DNA of 49,984 bases from Gammaproteobacteria bacterium (GCA_045561195.1 JBJKYE010000029.1:1-49984), one strand, 5' to 3'. Shown: positions 10,640 through 20,066, counted from the first letter of the stretch. Numbers and translations are program-made. Notes: generated from the letters alone by a model not told the origin.

Positions 10640-11720
10640 CACAACTCAAGAAATAATAAATTCTATAAAAAAAGGCAAGATGGTAATCATTATGGATGAT
10701 GAAAATCGAGAAAATGAAGGCGACTTAGTAATGGCTTCAGAATTTGTTACTGCTAAAGATATAAACTTTATGGCATCAAAAGGGAGAGGTCTAATATGTT
10801 TAACATTAACTAGTCAGAAATGTAAAAAACTTGGCTTACCTTTAATCAAGAAAACTGGTGAAACATCAAAAGAGACAAATTTTACTGTATCAATTGAATC
10901 AGCTAAAGGAGTTACCACGGGGATTTCAGCTGCTGATAGAGCCAAAACCATTCAAACAGCAGTAGCCAAGAAATCAAAGCCTAGCGATCTTGTCCAGCCA
11001 GGACATATATTCCCTCTCATGGCAAAAGATGGAGGCGTGCTTGTAAGAGCAGGGCATACTGAAGCAGGATGTGACCTTGCAAAATTAGCAGGACTTGAAC
11101 CATCTGCTGTGATCGTAGAAATTTTGAACGAAGATGGGACTATGGCTCGAAAAAAAGATCTAATCACATTTGCTAAAAAGCATAAATTAAAAATTGGTAC
11201 TATTGAGGACTTAATCAAATATAAAACTGCTAATGAAAAAACCATTAAGAGAGTGAGCGAGGAAATTATTACTACAGATTATGGTGAATTTACATCAATA
11301 TTTTATGAGGATACTCTAACATCACTTATACATTTTGTATTAATAAAAAATAAAATTGATAGTACTATGCCAACAACTGTAAGAGTCCATGTTCAAAATG
11401 TTTTAACAGATACAATCAAGTCAACTAATTTATCAACGTGGCCTCTTGATAGTGCTCTTAAAAAGATTTCTAAATCAAAGCAAGGCGCTATGGTGTTCAT
11501 AACAGAAAATTTATCATCAAGTCATATTAATTATTTAAAAACTACAAAGACAAGACGTGTTAATAAGAATCATAAAATTGATGACTATCGAACAGTAGGC
11601 ATCGGAGCACAAATCTTAAGTGATATTGGCGTAAAAGACATGATATTATTAAGTACCCCAAAGGTTTATCATGGTATAAATGCTTTTGGTTTGAATGTAA
11701 TAAAATATATCAGTAAGTAA
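10632..11720 (+). CDS. ribB: 3,4-dihydroxy-2-butanone-4-phosphate synthase fused to a degenerate GTP cyclohydrolase II-like domain (RibBX type)
   Basis: The N-terminal half is a clear RibB (ENEGDLVMA, GRGLIC, RAGHTEAG). The C-terminal half aligns to RibA, but the zinc-ligand cysteine block is replaced. E. coli RVHSECLTGD...RCDCG corresponds here to RVHVQNVLTD...NLSTW. Confidence 0.88.
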   Translation: MINTTQEIINSIKKGKMVIIMDDENRENEGDLVMASEFVTAKDINFMASKGRGLICLTLTSQKCKKLGLPLIKKTGETSKETNFTVSIESAKGVTTGISAADRAKTIQTAVAKKSKPSDLVQPGHIFPLMAKDGGVLVRAGHTEAGCDLAKLAGLEPSAVIVEILNEDGTMARKKDLITFAKKHKLKIGTIEDLIKYKTANEKTIKRVSEEIITTDYGEFTSIFYEDTLTSLIHFVLIKNKIDSTMPTTVRVHVQNVLTDTIKSTNLSTWPLDSALKKISKSKQGAMVFITENLSSSHINYLKTTKTRRVNKNHKIDDYRTVGIGAQILSDIGVKDMILLSTPKVYHGINAFGLNVIKYISK

Positions 11721-12235
11721 TGAAAAAAAATATAATACCTACAAATAATCTTTTTTTAGAACTTGATGACATTGATAATTTCAAAGACTTATCACAGCTG
11801 AGTTCTAGAGATATTATTATTATCACAACAAAATATCATCAAGAAATAAATGATAGTTTAATAGCGGATTTCATAACAACTATAAAATCAAAAAATATGA
11901 ATTACTCAGTAGGGATAATTGAAGTTTCCGGTGCATTTGAATTAGTGTATGCCATGAAGAAGGCTATAGATAAATTTTCGCCTAAATTAATACTAGCGGT
12001 TGGATGCATTATTAAAGGTGATACTAAACATGATGAGTACCTATCTAATTCTATTATTAATAATATGCATTCAATCAGTCTTGAATGTATGACTCCAATA
12101 ATTAATGGGGTGTTGACTACTAATAATTTAGAACAGGCAATCGAGCGAGCAGGTAAGAAGTATAGAAAAGGAAAAGAGTTTGCATTGACATCAATGGAGA
12201 TGCTATCTCTCAGTGAGAGCCTTGATAAACAGTGA
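11720..12235 (+). CDS. ribH: 6,7-dimethyl-8-ribityllumazine synthase
   Basis: Blocks shared with E. coli RibH: VSGAFELV, GCIIKGDTKHDEY, GVLTTNNLEQAIERAG. The ATG overlaps the ribB stop (TAATG). Confidence 0.9.
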   Translation: MKKNIIPTNNLFLELDDIDNFKDLSQLSSRDIIIITTKYHQEINDSLIADFITTIKSKNMNYSVGIIEVSGAFELVYAMKKAIDKFSPKLILAVGCIIKGDTKHDEYLSNSIINNMHSISLECMTPIINGVLTTNNLEQAIERAGKKYRKGKEFALTSMEMLSLSESLDKQ

Positions 12236-12633
12236 TCAATCAAAAAGAAAGAAGACTAGCCAGAGAATGTATCGTTAAAATTTTATATCAACGAGATTTA
12301 ACTGATTATTCATTTGATGAAATTTCAGATTCATTTGTTGAAAAAAGAAAATATGATAATGAATACCTCAAAAACCTTTTAGATTTATTGGATATTAATT
12401 TAGAGTCTATAGATAATTTTATCATAGAAAACACTGATCTTAATCTTGACAACCTGACGCCTATTGATAAAGCGATTATCAGGCTTGCGATGTGTGAGTT
12501 CTTATATCGCGATGATATCCCAGGTAAGGTTTCAATCAACGAGAGCGTCCTAATTGCTAAGAAATTCTCAACGGATGATTCTTATAAATTTATAAATACT
12601 ATCTTAGATCAAATATATAAATATATTACATAA
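12232..12633 (+). CDS. nusB: Transcription antitermination factor NusB
   Basis: GTG start overlapping the ribH stop (GTGA). ARECIVKILYQ and INESVLIAKKF are NusB-like, and ribH-nusB-thiL synteny is conserved. Confidence 0.88.
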   Translation: MINQKERRLARECIVKILYQRDLTDYSFDEISDSFVEKRKYDNEYLKNLLDLLDINLESIDNFIIENTDLNLDNLTPIDKAIIRLAMCEFLYRDDIPGKVSINESVLIAKKFSTDDSYKFINTILDQIYKYIT

Positions 12634-12635
12634 TT

Positions 12636-13592
12636 ATGATAAAAAATGAAGAAAATATAATAGATTATATAAAATCAAATATTAAAACTAAATCAAAAGA
12701 TGTGCTAAAAAGCATAGGAGATGATTGTGCTGTAATAAAGATAAATAAATCAAAATCTTTCGTAGTAACAACCGACACATCTTTGCTTGGACCACATTTT
12801 TCCAAAGATTATCTGCCGTATGAAATTGGTTATAAATCATTAGCGACGAATTTAAGTGATATTGCTGCAATGGGTTGTAAACCTTTGTATATCTTTATGG
12901 CTATAACTATACCAAACCTAAATTCTTCTTGGATAAAATCATTTTATCGAGGTATTAGCAAACTAACAACTAAACATAATGTTGCTCTGATTGGAGGTGA
13001 TACAAATAAAGGACCTCTGAGTATATCCATACAGGTAATAGGAATTAGTAAGAATAAAATACTATATAGAAGTGGAGCTAAGACAAAAGATGATATATAT
13101 GTATCTGGTGATTTAGGATCTGCTAGATCAGCATTAATATTTAAGGGTATAAAAGATAAAAAAAAAGAATTCCTTTCTTTGAAAAAGTATTTACATACAC
13201 CAACACCCAGAGTAGAGCTAGGGTTAGATCTTTCAAAATTTGCCACTAGCTGTATTGATGTTTCAGATGGTCTTGCAAAAGATATATCGAATATTATTAA
13301 AGAAACTAAATGTGGTGCAAAAATATACCTTGATAAAATACCGCATAAGTTAATTATTAAAAAAGCACTACCTAAAAATAGATTATATGAAGCTATAATA
13401 GGCGGCGGCGAAGATTATGAGCTTTGCTTTACCGCCAATAGCAAAGACTCAAGAAAAATAAAATATTTATCAAAGAAGCATAAAATTAAAATTACAAAAA
13501 TTGGAACTATAACCAAGAAGGATCTTAAGTATTATGATCACGATAAAGAAATAAAATTAAACTTAAAGGGTTTTGATCATTTTTCATCATGA
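12636..13592 (+). CDS. thiL: Thiamine-monophosphate kinase
   Basis: AIR-synthase-like fold motifs (GDDCAV, TTD, NLSDIAAMG, LIGGDT, DVSDGL, GGGEDYEL). Position downstream of nusB. Confidence 0.9.
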   Translation: MIKNEENIIDYIKSNIKTKSKDVLKSIGDDCAVIKINKSKSFVVTTDTSLLGPHFSKDYLPYEIGYKSLATNLSDIAAMGCKPLYIFMAITIPNLNSSWIKSFYRGISKLTTKHNVALIGGDTNKGPLSISIQVIGISKNKILYRSGAKTKDDIYVSGDLGSARSALIFKGIKDKKKEFLSLKKYLHTPTPRVELGLDLSKFATSCIDVSDGLAKDISNIIKETKCGAKIYLDKIPHKLIIKKALPKNRLYEAIIGGGEDYELCFTANSKDSRKIKYLSKKHKIKITKIGTITKKDLKYYDHDKEIKLNLKGFDHFSS

Positions 13593-13593
13593 A

Positions 13594-14172
13594 TTAGATA
13601 ACATTATAACCAAGCTTTTCCAGATAAGTTGTTAGACGTATGAGTGGTAATCCAATAATTGATGTTGGATCTTGTCCTTCAGCCTTCTCAACTAAACCTA
13701 TCGCTAGACCTTCGATACGAATACTACCTGCACAATTGAGCATATCCTCTTTTTTAATATAGTTTTCAATTTGACTAGTGCTAAGCTTCTTCATTCTTAA
13801 ACTATAATTGACTATAGACTTATAGACCTTATTTTCAGATATGCATATTACACATATGCCAGTTTTAAATATTATCTTTTTACCAGATAGATACTTTAGT
13901 TGTTTCTTAGCATTACTAACATTTTTAGGTTTACCAAGAACTTTTCCATTTATAAGGGCAACTTCATCAGAACCAATAACAATTGCATCTGTATTATTAG
14001 CTGCTACTTTTATTGCTTTTTCATATGACAATCTTTTGATAAAATTATTTATCTCCTCTCCTTTTTTTCTAGATTCATCTATATTAGGTTTGATTACAGT
14101 AAATTTTAATTTTAATTGTCTGAGTAATTTTTTTCGATGTATTGAGCTTGAGGCTAGTATTAGTTTCTTCAT
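13594..14172 (-). CDS. maf: Maf-like nucleoside triphosphate pyrophosphatase (YceF-like)
   Basis: The N-terminus LILASSSIHRKKLL, then VIGSDEV and GAGSIRIEGL-type blocks, fit the Maf family. It is divergent from rpmF, like E. coli yceF. Confidence 0.85.
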   Translation of the reverse strand: MKKLILASSSIHRKKLLRQLKLKFTVIKPNIDESRKKGEEINNFIKRLSYEKAIKVAANNTDAIVIGSDEVALINGKVLGKPKNVSNAKKQLKYLSGKKIIFKTGICVICISENKVYKSIVNYSLRMKKLSTSQIENYIKKEDMLNCAGSIRIEGLAIGLVEKAEGQDPTSIIGLPLIRLTTYLEKLGYNVI

Positions 14173-14283
14173 ATGAGATATCTGATTTATTGTATTAATT
14201 CAGGTAAATATTAGCAGAAAGCTTAATATTTTTAAATCTTATATGAATTTTTTGTATATTTGGTATAAAAGTACAGATATGAA

Positions 14284-14312
14284 TTGCTTGATAAGCCTTT
14301 TTTGCTTAGAAT
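14284..14312 (+). promoter_or_regulatory. Candidate sigma70-type promoter for rpmF-plsX-fabH
   Basis: TTGCTT (14284-14289), a 17-nt spacer, then TAGAAT (14307-14312). It lies about 35 nt upstream of the rpmF ATG. A second overlapping candidate is TTGCTT (14302-14307), 16 nt, TAAAAT (14324-14329). This is a pattern match only. Confidence 0.4.
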
Positions 14313-14347
14313 AGCGTATATTTTAAAATATTTAACGGTGTTCTAAT

Positions 14348-14557
14348 ATGGCAGTTCAAAAAAGTAGAAAATCTAAGTCAAAAAAAGGTATGAGACGATC
14401 TCATCATGGCTTATCAGGTCCAGCAATGTCCGTAGATAAAACAACTGGTGTGAGACATCTAAGACATCATTTAGCTAAAGATGGCTATTATAAAGGGTCA
14501 GAAATAGTAGCACCTAAAGTCAAAAAAGAAAAACAAGAAGATTCGCAAACATCGTAA
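14348..14557 (+). CDS. rpmF: 50S ribosomal protein L32
   Basis: MAVQKSRKSKSKKGMRRSH N-terminus typical of bL32. Conserved position before plsX. The lysine/glutamate-rich C-terminus is somewhat extended. Confidence 0.95.
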   Translation: MAVQKSRKSKSKKGMRRSHHGLSGPAMSVDKTTGVRHLRHHLAKDGYYKGSEIVAPKVKKEKQEDSQTS

Positions 14558-14578
14558 ATTCTTAGTAAACTAATTATA

Positions 14579-15601
14579 ATGCATCAAAAAATTACCATAG
14601 CATTGGATATGATGAGTGGGGACCATGGAGTTTCCTCATCAGTACCAGCCGCAATAGAATCTATAGAAAAATTTGATGACATGTTTCTTATTTTGGTTGG
14701 AGATCGAGATAAAATTAATCCTTTGATATCTGATAAGATAAAAACACTTGAAGGTATACGTTATAAAATTATTCATACAAAAGAATCTATCAATATGGAT
14801 GATGAAATTATTTCTGCAATACGTGGCAAGAAAAAATCATCTATGAGATTAGGTATTAATGCTGTTAAAGCCAAAGATGCTGATGCATGCGTAAGTGCTG
14901 GCAATACTGGTGCATTAATGGCTCTATCAAAAATAATTTTAAAGACGATACCTGGCATAGACCGACCTGCAATATGTGGATCACTTCCAACAAAGTCAGG
15001 TCAATTCCATATGTTAGATCTTGGAGCAAATGTCGAATGCAATGCTAAACATTTGTATCAGTTTTCGCTAATGGGCTCAGCTTTAGTGCAATCATTAGAA
15101 TTGAATAATAAGCCAGTTATAGGGTTATTAAATATTGGATCTGAGGAATTTAAAGGTAATGATACAATCAAATCAGCAGGTCAGTTGATTAGCAAATCTA
15201 ATCTTAATTATGCCGGTTTTGTTGAAGGAGATGATATGTTTAGTGGAAAATTCGATGTAGTAGTTGCTGATGGTTTTGCAGGTAATATTGCACTTAAAAG
15301 TATAGAGGGAGTAGCAAAAGTGATTAACCACTTTATTAAGACTGAATTTACTAAAAATATGTTTACAAAATTATCTGCTCTGATTAGTCTGCCAGTTCTG
15401 AAATCAGTAAAACAAAGAGTTGACCCTAGAGAATATAATGGCGCAAGTTTGGTTGGCCTTCAAGGTGTAGTAGTAAAAAGTCATGGTGGCGCAGATTCAT
15501 ATGCTTTTAGCCAAGCTATAAATACTGCATATTATGAAGTTAAGAATGAATTACTCAACAAAATAGAGTCATTGATACAAACAGAGTTGTCTAATGAGTA
15601 A
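14579..15601 (+). CDS. plsX: Phosphate acyltransferase PlsX
   Basis: ALDMMSGDHG, VSAGNTGA and GFVEG blocks. rpmF-plsX-fabH synteny. Confidence 0.95.
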   Translation: MHQKITIALDMMSGDHGVSSSVPAAIESIEKFDDMFLILVGDRDKINPLISDKIKTLEGIRYKIIHTKESINMDDEIISAIRGKKKSSMRLGINAVKAKDADACVSAGNTGALMALSKIILKTIPGIDRPAICGSLPTKSGQFHMLDLGANVECNAKHLYQFSLMGSALVQSLELNNKPVIGLLNIGSEEFKGNDTIKSAGQLISKSNLNYAGFVEGDDMFSGKFDVVVADGFAGNIALKSIEGVAKVINHFIKTEFTKNMFTKLSALISLPVLKSVKQRVDPREYNGASLVGLQGVVVKSHGGADSYAFSQAINTAYYEVKNELLNKIESLIQTELSNE

Positions 15602-16535
15602 AAAATATTCTAGAATAATTTCGACAGGAAGTTATTTACCTGAAAAAATACTAACAAACTATGATCTTGAGAAGATGGTAGATACTTCTCATGATTGGAT
15701 TTTTGAACGTACAGGTATAAATCAACGGCATATTGCAGACGAAAATGAATCTACCGTTGATATGGCATATATGGCATCACTGAAAAGTATGGAAAGATCT
15801 AATATAAATGCTGAAGATATAGATATGATTATAGTTGCCACTACTACGCCAGAAAGAGCTTTTCCGAGCGCCGCTGTTCTTCTTCAGAATAAATTAGATA
15901 TCAAGGATTGTTTCGCTTTTGATATTAATGCAGCATGCACAGGTTTTATTTATGCTTTAGATGTTGCTGATAAATATATAAAAAATAATTCTATAAATAA
16001 TATATTAGTTGTTGGTACTGAAAAAATGAGTTCATTAGTTGATTGGAGTGATAGAAACACATGTGTTTTATTTGGTGATGGCGCAGGAGCGGTAATCATA
16101 AGTTTATCGAATAACCCAGGCATTATTTCAAGTACGATAGGTTCCAATGGAAGCTATAAAGACTTGCTTACGGTGAATCCAGACTCCGACTTTATCGAAA
16201 TGAAAGGCAATGATGTTTTCAAGATTGCAGTTAATACTATGGGTAAGATTGCTCGCGAAACCCTCGATGCAAACGATCTAAAAATCGACGATGTTGACTG
16301 GCTAATCCCTCATCAAGCCAATAGTAGAATAATCAATGCAATTGCAAAAAAATTATCTTTGCCAAGTGAAAAAATTATTTTAACTGTCGGAAATCATGGA
16401 AACACATCTGCAGCTTCGATACCATTAGCAATTGATTATGCCACTCAAACAGGAGACTTAAAAAAAGAAGATACTATTCTTTTAGAAGCATTCGGTGCTG
16501 GGTTTACTTGGGGATCAACACTTCTTAAATTTTAA
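15594..16535 (+). CDS. fabH: 3-oxoacyl-ACP synthase III
   Basis: KAS III motifs are present: the active-site Cys in NAACTGF, HQAN, and GNTSAASIP. The start overlaps the plsX stop. Confidence 0.95.
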   Translation: MSKKYSRIISTGSYLPEKILTNYDLEKMVDTSHDWIFERTGINQRHIADENESTVDMAYMASLKSMERSNINAEDIDMIIVATTTPERAFPSAAVLLQNKLDIKDCFAFDINAACTGFIYALDVADKYIKNNSINNILVVGTEKMSSLVDWSDRNTCVLFGDGAGAVIISLSNNPGIISSTIGSNGSYKDLLTVNPDSDFIEMKGNDVFKIAVNTMGKIARETLDANDLKIDDVDWLIPHQANSRIINAIAKKLSLPSEKIILTVGNHGNTSAASIPLAIDYATQTGDLKKEDTILLEAFGAGFTWGSTLLKF

Positions 16536-16536
16536 T

Positions 16537-17133
16537 ATGCGAGATTTATTATCATGCAAGAAATGTCCTAGGATTGTTGATAATTTTAATAATCTTAAAA
16601 AAAGTCACCCTAATTACTTTAATAAACCAATTATACCGATTACAAGGAAAGAGTCTTCAGTAGTAATAGTTGGACTTGCTCCCGGCCTTACGGGTGCTAA
16701 TAGAACTGGTCAAATATTTAATGGTGATTTTTCTGGAGATATACTAAATAAAGCAATAAAATTATCGGGAATTAATTTTAAAAATAATCTTTTGTACCCA
16801 TATATAACTAATGCTGTTAAATGCTACCCCCCGAGTAATAAACCAAATATCTCAGAGATTGATAATTGCAATATTTTTTTAAAACAAGAAATGGAATCGT
16901 TAGATAATTTAAAGGCAATTATAGCATTAGGACATATTGCCCATAACTCAATTTTGCAATCTTATTCTCTTGTTAAACAAAAATATAAATTCTCACATGG
17001 ATGCGTCCATAAAATTAATCAGAATCTGATATTAATTGATTCTTATCATTGTAGTAAAATAAATATTAATACTAAAAGATTGACGCTAACAATGTTGATA
17101 AATATATTAAATACAGCCATATCAAATAGATGA
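16537..17133 (+). CDS. Uracil-DNA glycosylase superfamily protein (Fe-S type, family 4/5-like)
   Basis: N-terminal CKKCPR, motif A as GLAPG..GANRTGQIFNGDFSG, AVKCYPPSNKP and a C-terminal SYHCS block resemble family 4/5 UDGs. The ATG at 16537 lies 1 nt after the fabH stop. The ORF-track start at 16495 overlaps fabH. Confidence 0.7.
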   Translation: MRDLLSCKKCPRIVDNFNNLKKSHPNYFNKPIIPITRKESSVVIVGLAPGLTGANRTGQIFNGDFSGDILNKAIKLSGINFKNNLLYPYITNAVKCYPPSNKPNISEIDNCNIFLKQEMESLDNLKAIIALGHIAHNSILQSYSLVKQKYKFSHGCVHKINQNLILIDSYHCSKININTKRLTLTMLINILNTAISNR

Positions 17134-18929
17134 ATCAAAATATCAAAAATATATTAGAAAACATAACAAGCTTTCCTGGTATATATAAATTTGAAGATAA
17201 GAACTCAAATATTATATATATAGGTAAGGCACTGAACCTAAAAAAAAGAGTTTCTTCATACTTTAGTAAATCTACTACATCTGTCAAAACGAGTAAGTTA
17301 GTTGAGAATATCAGCAACATCCAAACAGTCATAACTAAAAATGAAGAGGAAGCTTTATTGCTCGAAAATACATTAATCAAGGAATTTAAACCAAAATATA
17401 ATATTTTATTACGTGATGATAAGTCATACCCATATATACTAATTAAAAAATCCCATGAGTACCCGTCTATTAAATTTTTTAGAGGCGAGGGTAGAGGCTC
17501 AAAAGATTTGTTTTTTGGCCCATATACTCAAGTAAATCATGTTAGATATATGTTAAATCTTGTACAAAAAATATTCAAAATAAGATCATGTAATGATACA
17601 TACTTTTCAAATAGAAAAAAGCCATGTTTACAATACCAAATAAATAGATGTGATGCCCCATGTGTAAAAAAAATAAACTCTTCAGATTATGAACAATTAG
17701 TAAATAATGCAGTGAAGTTCTTACAAGGCAAAAATGATTATCTAATCAAGAACTATACAAAAAAAATGACCAAACTATCGTCGGAACTAAATTATGAAGA
17801 AGCTTCTGAAATAAGAGACAAAATATCTGCGATTAGGGGTATTACAAGCTCAAAAAATATAATTAATAGTCAGAAGAATTTAGATATTATTACCATAAGC
17901 TCTTTAGAGAATTATCATTTTGTAGATGTTTTTATGGTTAGAGATAATATTAATCTGGGAAATAAAACATTTGATTTTAAAAACAATGATTCACAAAGTA
18001 ACATAATAGAGTCATTTATTAGTCAATATTACTTTGATAATCATCCACCAGACAAAATTGTAATACCTGATTCTATAACTAATATAGATCCTTTAAAAAA
18101 TGTTTTATTTAAGAAATATAATACAAAAACTACATTAATTTATCCTAGACGGAAACCTTTTAAGGATTGGTTTAAAATTTGTGAATTAAATACAAATGAA
18201 CGGCTTAAACTTGTCTTATCAGATAAATTGAGATCTGATATATTTTCTTGTTTAAATAAAGATTTAAAACCCAACACGCTAATTCGTAATGCAATATGTT
18301 TTGATATAAGTCATATGAGTGGTTCTAATATGCAAGGTTCAGCTATATGGTATTCTATGACTGGTCCTAATAAAAAAATGTATCGTAGATATAATCTAGC
18401 TAATATAAAGAGATATGATGATTATGCTGCCATGAAATTTGTGCTCTCTAGGAGGTTATCGAAGCTTAAAAAAGAAAATTTACTTCCCGAGTTAATTGTT
18501 TTAGATGGTGGGAAAGGACAAATTACGCAAGCTAGAGAAGTAATAGATGAGCTGGAGATTTCTAATATCTTATTGCTGAGTGTTGTTAAGGGAGAGAAAC
18601 GTCTGACAAAAAACGACAGAGTTTTGGACATAGATGCTAAAGACATTACGCTTTCGTTGTCTAATTACTCGCTTACTTTACTACAAAAGATTAGAAATGA
18701 AGCTCATAGATTTGCTATTACAGGTCAACGTAACAAAAGCTTAAAAAGGCAATTTGAATCTAAACTTGACTCTATACCAGGTATTGGTAAAGTTAGGAAA
18801 CTAGAATTACTTAAATTTTTTGGTGGTATACAAGGGGTATTGAAATCGTCTATAGAGGATTTATCGAATGTTCCTGGAATTAATTTAAAACTTGCTGATG
18901 TTATATATAAACACTTACATTCTGAATGA
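17130..18929 (+). CDS. uvrC: Excinuclease ABC subunit C
   Basis: N-terminal GIY-YIG (GIYKFEDKNSNIIYIGKA), a UVR domain, an RNase H-like endonuclease domain and a C-terminal helix-hairpin-helix (IPGIGKVRKLELLKFFG). ATGA overlap with the upstream gene. Confidence 0.95.
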   Translation: MNQNIKNILENITSFPGIYKFEDKNSNIIYIGKALNLKKRVSSYFSKSTTSVKTSKLVENISNIQTVITKNEEEALLLENTLIKEFKPKYNILLRDDKSYPYILIKKSHEYPSIKFFRGEGRGSKDLFFGPYTQVNHVRYMLNLVQKIFKIRSCNDTYFSNRKKPCLQYQINRCDAPCVKKINSSDYEQLVNNAVKFLQGKNDYLIKNYTKKMTKLSSELNYEEASEIRDKISAIRGITSSKNIINSQKNLDIITISSLENYHFVDVFMVRDNINLGNKTFDFKNNDSQSNIIESFISQYYFDNHPPDKIVIPDSITNIDPLKNVLFKKYNTKTTLIYPRRKPFKDWFKICELNTNERLKLVLSDKLRSDIFSCLNKDLKPNTLIRNAICFDISHMSGSNMQGSAIWYSMTGPNKKMYRRYNLANIKRYDDYAAMKFVLSRRLSKLKKENLLPELIVLDGGKGQITQAREVIDELEISNILLLSVVKGEKRLTKNDRVLDIDAKDITLSLSNYSLTLLQKIRNEAHRFAITGQRNKSLKRQFESKLDSIPGIGKVRKLELLKFFGGIQGVLKSSIEDLSNVPGINLKLADVIYKHLHSE

Positions 18930-19480
18930 ACTTTAATTTACCCAACTCTCTAACTTTACTAAGAATAATCTTGATTCCACTGATTGTCATTTTATTTGTA
19001 TCTAACGATGAGTCGAATCGTTTCTTAGCATTTCTTTTATTCTTGATTGCTTCTATCACTGATTATCTAGATGGTTTACTTGCAAGATATATGAAGCAAC
19101 AAACTAATTTTGGAGAATTCCTTGATCCAGTAGCAGACAAACTGTTGGTGATTATTACTATGATCTTGCTAATTTCGGAAAATCAGGAAATTTTATTTAT
19201 GATTCCAGTATTAGTAATAGTCACAAGAGAGTTCCTGGTAATTGCAATTAGACAAAGATTGGCAGAAGTAGGTGAAAATATAAAACTATCTGTAATTTTG
19301 ATATCAAAAATTAAAACTGCTATTCAGCTAATATCTTTATTATTACTGTTATATAAATATCCTTTTTTAGGATACGATACATATTTATATGGAATCATAC
19401 TTCTTCAGGTTTCTGCAATTTTAACATTGATTTCTTTTTTTTATTATGTAAAAAAGTCATGGAATGTTATAATTAAGTAA
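18926..19480 (+). CDS. pgsA: CDP-diacylglycerol--glycerol-3-phosphate 3-phosphatidyltransferase
   Basis: CDP-alcohol phosphatidyltransferase motif (DYLDGLLAR...G.FLDPVADK). uvrC-pgsA-tRNA synteny as in E. coli. Confidence 0.92.
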   Translation: MNFNLPNSLTLLRIILIPLIVILFVSNDESNRFLAFLLFLIASITDYLDGLLARYMKQQTNFGEFLDPVADKLLVIITMILLISENQEILFMIPVLVIVTREFLVIAIRQRLAEVGENIKLSVILISKIKTAIQLISLLLLLYKYPFLGYDTYLYGIILLQVSAILTLISFFYYVKKSWNVIIK

Positions 19481-19498
19481 CCGTTTTTAATTTATATT

Positions 19499-19571
19499 GC
19501 GAGAATAGCTCAGTTGATAGAGCGCAACCTTGCCAAGGTTGAGGTCGCGGGTTTGAGCCCCGTTTCTCGCT
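19499..19571 (+). tRNA. glyW: tRNA-Gly (anticodon GCC)
   Basis: Cloverleaf folded by hand. Acceptor stem is GCGAGAA/TTCTCGC. D arm is GCTC-AGTTGATA-GAGC. Anticodon arm is CAACC-TTGCCAA-GGTTG. T arm is GCGGG-TTTGAGC-CCCGT. The discriminator is T and no full CCA is encoded. Close to E. coli tRNA-Gly(GCC). Confidence 0.9.
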
Positions 19572-19578
19572 CATAAAT

Positions 19579-19649
19579 GGCTAAGTGGCAGAGTGGTAAT
19601 GCAGCGGCCTGCAAAGCCGTCAACGCCGGTTCGATTCCGACCTTAGCCT
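19579..19649 (+). tRNA. cysT: tRNA-Cys (anticodon GCA)
   Basis: Acceptor stem is GGCTAAG/CTTAGCC. Anticodon arm is GCGGC-CTGCAAA-GCCGT. T arm is GCCGG-TTCGATT-CCGAC, with one C.A mismatch. No CCA is encoded. Confidence 0.85.
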
Positions 19650-19715
19650 TTATACAAGCAATCATCTTATAATTAAACATATTTTTCGTAATATGAATTG
19701 CTCCATAGTTATTGA

Positions 19716-20066
19716 TTATTCTCTCTCGATATCTTCTTCTATGCATTTATGCCCATACTGAACTTCTAAGATGTGGCAATCTTTATCAGAAGAGTTAGCT
19801 GCTTTATGCCAGACCTTGGTTGGAATTAAATACCCATTACTTAATGCTGATAGATTTATGATCTCTTCTATACCATTCTTTTTTATTATTAGATGGCATT
19901 TCCCATCTAATACATACCAATGCTCAGATCTTAAAAAATGTCTTTGCATGCTTAATGATTTACCAGGCAAAATAACTAATTCTTTTACTTTATAGCTTAT
20001 TTTATCATTTAAGACTTTATACCATCCCCATGATCTGACTACTTTGATATTTTTATTATCCATCAT
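19716..20066 (-). CDS. Cupin-domain protein, mannose-6-phosphate isomerase type II C-terminal-domain-like
   Basis: 116 aa. RSWGWYKVL, KELVILPGKSLSMQRHFLRSEHWYVLDG and ILEVQYGHKCIEEDIER match the standalone PMI-type cupin pattern. Confidence 0.75.
   Translation of the reverse strand: MMDNKNIKVVRSWGWYKVLNDKISYKVKELVILPGKSLSMQRHFLRSEHWYVLDGKCHLIIKKNGIEEIINLSALSNGYLIPTKVWHKAANSSDKDCHILEVQYGHKCIEEDIERE

Noticed and set aside
13841-14176. 111-aa + strand ORF, plus the many other 60-117-aa ORFs nested in or antisense to larger genes (e.g. 1114-1314, 3018-3368, 9198-9551, 11902-12243, 19771-19995, 39848-40048, 4630-4824)
   Set aside because: All lie inside longer ORFs that have clear family signatures. 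None has its own recognisable domain or plausible translation signals.
19510-19746. 78-aa minus-strand ORF
   Set aside because: It overlaps both tRNA-Gly and tRNA-Cys. Its apparent coding potential comes from the GC-rich tRNA sequence.
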